A program made the translations under genes and the position numbers. This document shows positions 46,795-52,130 of a stretch of 52,130 nucleotides of DNA, in pieces; positions within the stretch are counted from its first letter, which is position 1; each line of letters opens with the position of its first letter. Under the pieces are notes generated by a model. It searched no databases. It was given only the letters and a program-made list of their open reading frames with translations, and had not been told where the DNA came from. Origin of the DNA: a virus (taxonomy: Duplodnaviria; Caudoviricetes); the IMG/VR virus record IMGVR_UViG_3300037247_000710, positions 1-52,130 of that record, one strand, 5' to 3'.

Positions 46795-47552
46795 TGAGAG
46801 TATCAAGCTTGATTCTTTATCAGGGTCCGTCCGAACTGGACGGTGCCCCGATTGTTGTCATCGCGACCGGCATCGCGAACCGTTCGAAGAATTCCAAAAC
46901 GGGCGGCATGATTCAGACCCACATCATAAGGGCGGACATGCTGCCAATGCAGGCGATTTGGTCTGGCGCGGATGCGAGCATATGCGGGGACTGTATCCAC
47001 CGGGGAGACGGTACCGGCAAAGGGCGGACATGCTACGTTAAAGTTTTTCAGGGAACGACGGTAGTCTATAAAACGTTCGCACGCGGCGGCTATCCGGTCG
47101 CGACGGAATCGGACTGGCAACTGTTTAAAGACCGGGGCGTTCGGTTCGGCACCTACGGTGATCCAGCTGCCGCGCCAATAGAGTTATGGCAGCGCCTGCA
47201 GGATCTCGCGAGCTTCACGACGGGCTATACACATCAATGGAAACGGATCTCGCCAGACTGGGCGAAACTCTGCATGGCGAGCGCGGACACGGAGGCCGAT
47301 GCAATCAATGCCCAGCGCGTAGGGTACCGGACATTTCGCGTAACTCTTGACGGTGCGGATCCGCTGAAAAATGAAGTGCTATGTCCTGCCAGCGAAGAGG
47401 CCGGTCGCAAGCTTCAATGCGAACAGTGCAAAGCATGCAACGGTGCGAACGGACGTCGCGGTTCAATCTACATTCCAATGCACGGACCCAATAGTGCCGC
47501 CAAGGGTCAATCGGAATTGTTATCACGTATCACAGTCACGGTAGTAAACTAA
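46794..47552 (+). CDS. Cys-rich putative Fe-S protein (phage gp88-like / radical-SAM-related)
   Basis: NSKTG, ICGDC...CYV, VRFGTYGDP, GYTHQW, CPA...CEQCKAC. Confidence 0.65.
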   Translation: MRVSSLILYQGPSELDGAPIVVIATGIANRSKNSKTGGMIQTHIIRADMLPMQAIWSGADASICGDCIHRGDGTGKGRTCYVKVFQGTTVVYKTFARGGYPVATESDWQLFKDRGVRFGTYGDPAAAPIELWQRLQDLASFTTGYTHQWKRISPDWAKLCMASADTEADAINAQRVGYRTFRVTLDGADPLKNEVLCPASEEAGRKLQCEQCKACNGANGRRGSIYIPMHGPNSAAKGQSELLSRITVTVVN

Positions 47553-47564
47553 AGGAGCACGACA

Positions 47565-47765
47565 ATGCAACAACCCATGATAGTTAGAGCAGTGGCAAAG
47601 AAAAATACACAAGCCATGATTCGCGCTTTGCGCAGTGCAAAGCTTACAGTCACAAAAGATTCGAACGGGTTCTACCTCTGCAAGTTAGACGGTAAAACTT
47701 TGTTCGCGGCGATGCCCGGTCGGTTGAACTATTTGGTTCGCATGCAACCCGATCTGTTCTCGTAA
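47565..47765 (+). CDS. Hypothetical protein
   Basis: AGGAGCACGAC leader; followed by terminator. Confidence 0.7.
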   Translation: MQQPMIVRAVAKKNTQAMIRALRSAKLTVTKDSNGFYLCKLDGKTLFAAMPGRLNYLVRMQPDLFS

Positions 47766-47781
47766 TCGCGTAACACGGAAG

Positions 47782-47815
47782 CGCTCGCGTGTCAAGCACG
47801 CGGGCGTTTTTTTTT
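47782..47815 (+). terminator. Rho-independent terminator overlapping an operator copy (47773-47792)
   Basis: CGCTCGCGTG-loop-CACGCGGGCG plus T9. Confidence 0.8.
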
Positions 47816-47828
47816 GTGCGCGCCCGAC

Positions 47829-47941
47829 TTAACATAATCTGGAGCGGGGGCTGCAGTCACAGACCGTGCCATGTTACATAACGTGGGCAGGCGCGACTTG
47901 ACATAAGGTGGCACCCCGCACCAGATCCGACTTAACATAAC
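47829..47941 (+). repeat. Cluster of four TTRACATAA-type boxes
   Basis: Copies at 47829, 47873, 47898, 47932, three preceded by CGAC. Confidence 0.8.
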
Positions 47942-48039
47942 GCAAAATTCGCCTCCCACATGAATATTTTTTCCAAGATCTCTAGGATCCCTATCGCACG
48001 GCAGCGTTGACGTGCACTCTCGTGTGCTACACTGCGCCG

Positions 48040-48258
48040 ATGACTATTAGAGTGAAGAAATCAGACCCACCGGAGTCTACCGAGATACTGGCTGACTCCA
48101 TTGTCCGCATCAGCGAGTCGCTCGACAAACTGAGCGAGTCCGGGCTGAATCACAAGGCAATCGTTATCCTGATTCAGGCTGCAACCAAGTTGTCCCGCCG
48201 GGACATTGAAGCTGTGCTCGATGCGCAGAAGCGATTGGCTGGGTGGTATTGCAAATGA
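48040..48258 (+). CDS. Small helical protein, probably leaderless
   Basis: MTIRVKKSDPP...LIQAATKLSRRDIEAVLDA; no SD; ATG 7 nt after TACACT. Confidence 0.6.
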   Translation: MTIRVKKSDPPESTEILADSIVRISESLDKLSESGLNHKAIVILIQAATKLSRRDIEAVLDAQKRLAGWYCK

Positions 48259-48470
48259 GTATCCAGTTCGATCTGTTCGTGCCGCCTGATTTGTATCGCG
48301 ACAAAGTGATCAGCGAAGAGCCCTACGTGAAGGTTTTGGGGGACATCGGTTGGTCCCACGACTATCAGTGTCTCACCGCGCTGGCGCAAGTAGAGTCGTG
48401 CCTGTGCATCGTTTCTTTCAAGATGAGTGAGAGCCCCTCTCCCGCACGCAAACTAGCCTACCCTGCCTGA
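48255..48470 (+). CDS. Hypothetical protein
   Basis: ATGA coupling; start MSIQFD. Confidence 0.55.
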   Translation: MSIQFDLFVPPDLYRDKVISEEPYVKVLGDIGWSHDYQCLTALAQVESCLCIVSFKMSESPSPARKLAYPA

Positions 48471-48543
48471 CCCCTCACCGGGGTTAAGCCATTTTCGGCC
48501 TTTTCCCAAATATTATTATGTTAAAAACCCAGTGTTTCCGTGC

Positions 48544-48572
48544 TGTACACGTCAGCGGAGCAGTGGTACGAT
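48544..48572 (+). promoter_or_regulatory. sigma70-like promoter with degenerate operator
   Basis: TGTACA-N17-TACGAT with TGn; ACACGTCAGCGG. Confidence 0.55.
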
Positions 48573-48580
48573 TGTCGCGA

Positions 48581-48752
48581 GTTTGCCGTCTCGCTTGCAT
48601 CATCCCGAGACACGGCGAGCTGATTGCGGGGTGGAACCCCCGGTAACGGTTTAGGTGTTTGGGCTTTGAGGCCCGCAAAGGTTAAACCTCAACATGCACC
48701 CTGCCGTCGCCTTAGTCCGACACGGAGTTCGGCGTAAAACCGGGGGCTCCAT
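48581..48752 (+). ncRNA. Candidate structured RNA / long leader
   Basis: Hairpin 48581-48620; long-range stem 48631-48644/48739-48752; duplicated TGCCGTC...GACACGG hairpin motif. Confidence 0.5.
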
Positions 48753-48784
48753 TTAGCACCTTACAACAACAACAAGGAGCTTTC

Positions 48785-49366
48785 ATGTTCTCAGTCCAAC
48801 AGAAGCGCGAGATTTCCGATGCAGTGCAGAAGATCCTGCGTTCAACCATGCATCCCGAACTGCCTCCGACCGGGGAAGTTTCTTTCTCACTGAACGTCGC
48901 TGGGGCCGAATCTTGGTCGTATGCGACTATCGTAAACAACGGTGCAGTCGGTGATCCCGGCGTTAACCCGCACAACGAATTAATGGCATCTATGCCAGAG
49001 GAGAAAGCGCGGGAACTGATCGAGGAGGCGCAGCAACCCTATGCACCCGATGATCGCGTCCACCCGGACGAGATGATGCAGGAGATGCTGAAGCAGCAAA
49101 TTTCAAAGCTGACCCAGCGTGTATATAAGGCGGAAGCGATCATCATCGATTACAACAAGCGTCTTACGCGATTGCAGGATCGGGATGAAATCCACCGCAA
49201 ACTGTATTCTGAGCTGAGATTCGGGCTCGATAAGTTGCAGGAGTACCTCCTACCGATCATGGAAGATAATTTGATCGCGCATCACGATGACCAGATTCGC
49301 AACATGATGACTGCGATGAAACAGTTGGGTAATCCGCAAGTTCAAAAATCTCTTGAAGGTAAATAA
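48785..49366 (+). CDS. Phage protein with C-terminal coiled coil
   Basis: RBS AAGGAG; MFSVQQKREISDAVQKILR..HPELP domain plus heptads. Confidence 0.75.
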   Translation: MFSVQQKREISDAVQKILRSTMHPELPPTGEVSFSLNVAGAESWSYATIVNNGAVGDPGVNPHNELMASMPEEKARELIEEAQQPYAPDDRVHPDEMMQEMLKQQISKLTQRVYKAEAIIIDYNKRLTRLQDRDEIHRKLYSELRFGLDKLQEYLLPIMEDNLIAHHDDQIRNMMTAMKQLGNPQVQKSLEGK

Positions 49367-49609
49367 ATGGCGATCATATATGGAGGCGCAAAAGGCACCT
49401 GTGTCATACCTGATTGCGAAGAAGATGTCCGGTACATTCATCTCGAAGTGTGTGCGGCTTGCTATTCAGGACTTGCCCGCTGGCGTGGACGCTCTGTTGT
49501 CGAAAAGCGTCATCGCATGGGTATTAATCGGCGACTGGTTTCACGGATGGATTTCATCATGGCAAACCCACGACACCACCCGAAAAGAACGCCCAGAGCG
49601 CGACGCTGA
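49367..49609 (+). CDS. Small basic Cys-containing protein
   Basis: CVIPDC...CAACY; R-rich tail. Confidence 0.6.
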   Translation: MAIIYGGAKGTCVIPDCEEDVRYIHLEVCAACYSGLARWRGRSVVEKRHRMGINRRLVSRMDFIMANPRHHPKRTPRARR

Positions 49610-49767
49610 TGGCTGAAGGGTGCCCCGGAGCTGATGGACTTGTGTGTGTTGACGGGTATCTGTATTCCCAGTTCAAGACCCGGATGATGATCTTTCCGGC
49701 CAATAAAAAGTGTCCGGTTTGTAATCCGCCAAAGGAAGACGATGAGAACTGTAATCACGACGCATGA
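49609..49767 (+). CDS. 52-aa Cys-rich protein; not in ORF track
   Basis: TGATG coupling; MAEGCPGADGLVCVDG...KCPVCNPP. Confidence 0.5.
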   Translation: MAEGCPGADGLVCVDGYLYSQFKTRMMIFPANKKCPVCNPPKEDDENCNHDA

Positions 49768-49963
49768 TCTACACCAGCTCGCGACTATGTGTCACGACCG
49801 GGCAGAGGAATATCGTGCGCCCTATGTCGAGACTGACGAGGAAAATCGGTTCGTCGGGAGTACCAGCTACCCGATCTACGCGATGCTGCAGGAAATGTGG
49901 CTACTGCTGAACAAATTTGCGGACAATCTGGACGAAGCAACGACAAAAGGGGAAGAAGGATGA
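49742..49963 (+). CDS. Hypothetical protein
   Basis: Co-oriented, RBS AAGGA. Confidence 0.6.
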   Translation: MRTVITTHDLHQLATMCHDRAEEYRAPYVETDEENRFVGSTSYPIYAMLQEMWLLLNKFADNLDEATTKGEEG

Positions 49964-50313
49964 GTAACGGTGGATTGCAACAAGGTCCCGGAGGACCACT
50001 GGCAACACAACAAATGGCACAAGCAGCAACGGAATCAGCAAGGGAAGTAAGTCTCAACGCAGTGCGCGATGACGTGAATAACATGTCGGATGGTCTTTCG
50101 ACGCTCGACGATACGGTACAACGCTTGCAGATGCATTTGATGGGTGAGCAGCCTTCGCTCAAAGGCGAGGAAGATGTCCAACGTGCAGAGAGACCGACGC
50201 CTAGCGGGACACTTCCGATGCTCTGCAATATGGGTTCGACTAACATCCGGCACCTGCAACGGATTCAGGAGCGACTGAACCAACTCTGCTACGAGTTGGG
50301 TGAAGGTAGGTGA
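49960..50313 (+). CDS. Coiled-coil hypothetical protein
   Basis: Start refined to MSNGG (ATGA coupling). Confidence 0.6.
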   Translation: MSNGGLQQGPGGPLATQQMAQAATESAREVSLNAVRDDVNNMSDGLSTLDDTVQRLQMHLMGEQPSLKGEEDVQRAERPTPSGTLPMLCNMGSTNIRHLQRIQERLNQLCYELGEGR

Positions 50314-50693
50314 AAAAAAACTACGTCACCTTCTACAGTCCCGGCACCATGGTCGCAGAGACGACCAGACGGGAAGTAGCGTCGTGGAATGTCGATAAGG
50401 CGCTAAAAATGTCAGAAGATATCAAGGAGCGCCACGGTGCCCGACCGTACGGATTTTGCTTCACTACCATGAAGCGCGGTCTGCGCGAGTTTACGCCGAG
50501 AGAGGTTGATCGCAGCGGCATGTACTACATCAACTGCATGGTGCTGACATTAGTTGAGATGGAAGCGAGGAGTGATCCTAAGGAATCGATACTGCTGCAG
50601 AATATGCGGAGTAACGGCTGGGATAAGATCGTCACTACAAAGAGCGGGTGGGCATGGTCACAACCGTTGGAAGACACGGACATAGTGCTGTGA
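50310..50693 (+). CDS. Hypothetical phage protein
   Basis: GTGA coupling; VTFYSPGT..AE...ERHGARPYGF.F. Confidence 0.7.
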   Translation: MKKNYVTFYSPGTMVAETTRREVASWNVDKALKMSEDIKERHGARPYGFCFTTMKRGLREFTPREVDRSGMYYINCMVLTLVEMEARSDPKESILLQNMRSNGWDKIVTTKSGWAWSQPLEDTDIVL

Positions 50694-50869
50694 TATTAGT
50701 TAAAGTTTTGTACGGCAATAAAGATGGGCACGTCATCGATGCGCGTGTCTCGCAGGCGACGTTCGACAAGATCGAAGAATATAACCTGACTCATCCTTCG
50801 CCGCTCAGCGAAGAAGATGTTGCCTACATCAAAAAATTAATCGCAGAAGACCCGGATGCTATTACCTAA
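50690..50869 (+). CDS. Hypothetical protein
   Basis: GTGA coupling, fills the gap. Confidence 0.5.
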   Translation: MILVKVLYGNKDGHVIDARVSQATFDKIEEYNLTHPSPLSEEDVAYIKKLIAEDPDAIT

Positions 50870-51167
50870 AACATGTCCCGGTTGCGCTCGTAAACTCCAG
50901 CGAAAAGCGGCTCAATATGCTTGGCACGGAGTCGTGATGCACGGTTGGGTTTGCCCATCCTGCAACTCCCTGTGGGACATCGGTGGTGCGTTCATACGTT
51001 ACGTCACAAAGGTAGCGAAAAAAGAAAACAAGAAACGTGATCCTGATACCGACCCGGACTGGACAGGCAGCTGCGAGAATTGCGGCGAAAGTCCCATCGT
51101 CCCTGCAACAGGGATGTGCGGTCCTTGTACGTTCGGAGAAGCAGACACTATAGGAGGTAACTGGTGA
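50856..51167 (+). CDS. Double zinc-ribbon protein
   Basis: CPGC...CPSC and CENC...CGPC. Confidence 0.65.
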   Translation: MLLPKTCPGCARKLQRKAAQYAWHGVVMHGWVCPSCNSLWDIGGAFIRYVTKVAKKENKKRDPDTDPDWTGSCENCGESPIVPATGMCGPCTFGEADTIGGNW

Positions 51168-51379
51168 TTACATTACCCGGCGGCGAGAAAGCCCATGCCG
51201 ATTCGACAGGCAGACAGATTTCGATTGGCGACAAGATCCGATTTCGTGGGACGAACTACACGCTCAAGGACTTTGGACCTAACGAGGAACACTACGGAGT
51301 AGCGACGTTAATTTTCGAGGAAGAAGTGCATACCGACGAGGTACCGCACGAATGCAACGTGGATAAGGTGATGACATGA
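51164..51379 (+). CDS. Small SH3-like hypothetical protein
   Basis: RBS AGGAGG; DSTGRQISIGDKIRF. Confidence 0.65.
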   Translation: MITLPGGEKAHADSTGRQISIGDKIRFRGTNYTLKDFGPNEEHYGVATLIFEEEVHTDEVPHECNVDKVMT

Positions 51380-51741
51380 GTTTTAAATTGACAATCGAAA
51401 TACCCGACAGCAAATTAATAGCGACACTTCGAACGCTGACTGCTCACAAAGTGACTGTCGAATCAACGGAGAAGTACAAGCCCGGTTGGGATGATCCGCG
51501 AAAGAAGAACGGTGATGCCCGACCGCATGGACGTGCTGATTCCCGGTTAACAATGACCGGAAAAACGGCGCAGCCCCAGTCGAAGATTGCGGTAGCTATG
51601 ACCCTGTTCGAGAAGCTCGAAGCCCGCAACGGGATCGGTCAGGTCACAGTGCAGGCTTTTCGCGAACATCTTGTGAAGAATGACCAGCCCAAGGGGCTAG
51701 CTCAGCGAGTCGTTACTGAAAAATTCATGACTTACCTGTAA
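51376..51741 (+). CDS. Hypothetical basic protein
   Basis: ATGA coupling. Confidence 0.65.
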   Translation: MSFKLTIEIPDSKLIATLRTLTAHKVTVESTEKYKPGWDDPRKKNGDARPHGRADSRLTMTGKTAQPQSKIAVAMTLFEKLEARNGIGQVTVQAFREHLVKNDQPKGLAQRVVTEKFMTYL

Positions 51742-51773
51742 ACTCCGCACATCCCAGCTGCGGGGGGGAGTTT

Positions 51774-52040
51774 ATGAAGTTCACCGTTGAAATCCCCGAC
51801 GACATTCTCCAGTGGGCGAATGCCGAAGGGGTCAACCGACAAATGATTGCCAAGTTCATGCGCGAGGAGCTACGCATGGTCTCGTCTCGTCACGGGCACT
51901 CACCCACGCTCAATCGAGCGCAGGTCCCCGGCGAGAGTCATGAATGGAGAGGCTTTATTTTCAATGAAGTACGGGTGCGTGTGACCACCAAAGTCATCGA
52001 TAGGATATTCAAAGTAGACACGGCAGCACATGGGCGGTAA
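51774..52040 (+). CDS. Hypothetical protein, ribbon-helix-helix-like N-terminus
   Basis: MKFTVEIPDDILQWA..EG.NR...K..REEL. Confidence 0.6.
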   Translation: MKFTVEIPDDILQWANAEGVNRQMIAKFMREELRMVSSRHGHSPTLNRAQVPGESHEWRGFIFNEVRVRVTTKVIDRIFKVDTAAHGR

Positions 52041-52130
52041 ATTGCATTAGAGCCTGCCTGTACTTCATTGAACTCCGGGGTAGGAGCCGGAGGGAATCCA
52101 AGGGAGAATCCAGAGGCTCACTTCTGTCAC

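Noticed and set aside
48625-48752. tRNA or tmRNA (GCGGGGTGGA start, GTTCG, CTCCA end)
   Set aside because: No cloverleaf with correctly spaced D, anticodon and T arms; kept only as an unclassified structured RNA
1-52130. Prophage or integration module
   Set aside because: No integrase, att-like junction or host genes recognised; lifestyle cannot be determined from this window

Overview
About 52 kb of a dsDNA tailed bacteriophage genome, probably a short-tailed virus with internal ejection proteins. Major capsid, portal, large terminase, integrase, RNA polymerase, tRNA and CRISPR array were not recognised inside the window. There are three arms. (1) A + strand virion arm (1-26903) has three mosaic tail-fibre-like proteins, two adaptor-like proteins, an embedded lysis cassette, a tail hub, four ejection-type proteins, terS, and two low-complexity proteins rich in xxx-G-G motifs. 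(2) A - strand replication arm (26957-35531) has a HAD phosphatase, small Zn finger, MazG-like protein, VRR-NUC-like nuclease, SNF2 helicase, SSB, AAA ATPase, PD-(D/E)xK exonuclease and a family-4 UDG-PolA fusion. (3) A + strand arm (35692-52130) has primase-helicase followed by many small early/accessory genes. The strongest unexplained signals are non-coding and sit in the early arm: a type I hammerhead ribozyme overlapping a stop codon (44470-44521); an extended RBS motif AGGAGCA(C/A)GAC on 7+ genes with a complementary seed just before a terminator (42393-42406); a 20-bp palindromic operator in about 9 sites, mostly sigma70-like promoters; a TTRACATAAT repeat family; two promoter-driven structured RNAs; and an ori-like repeat region. 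Also notable are a distributed xxx-GG motif in virion proteins, a candidate -1 frameshift, and apparent avoidance of CCWGG. All calls are by-eye motif recognition; no searches were run.
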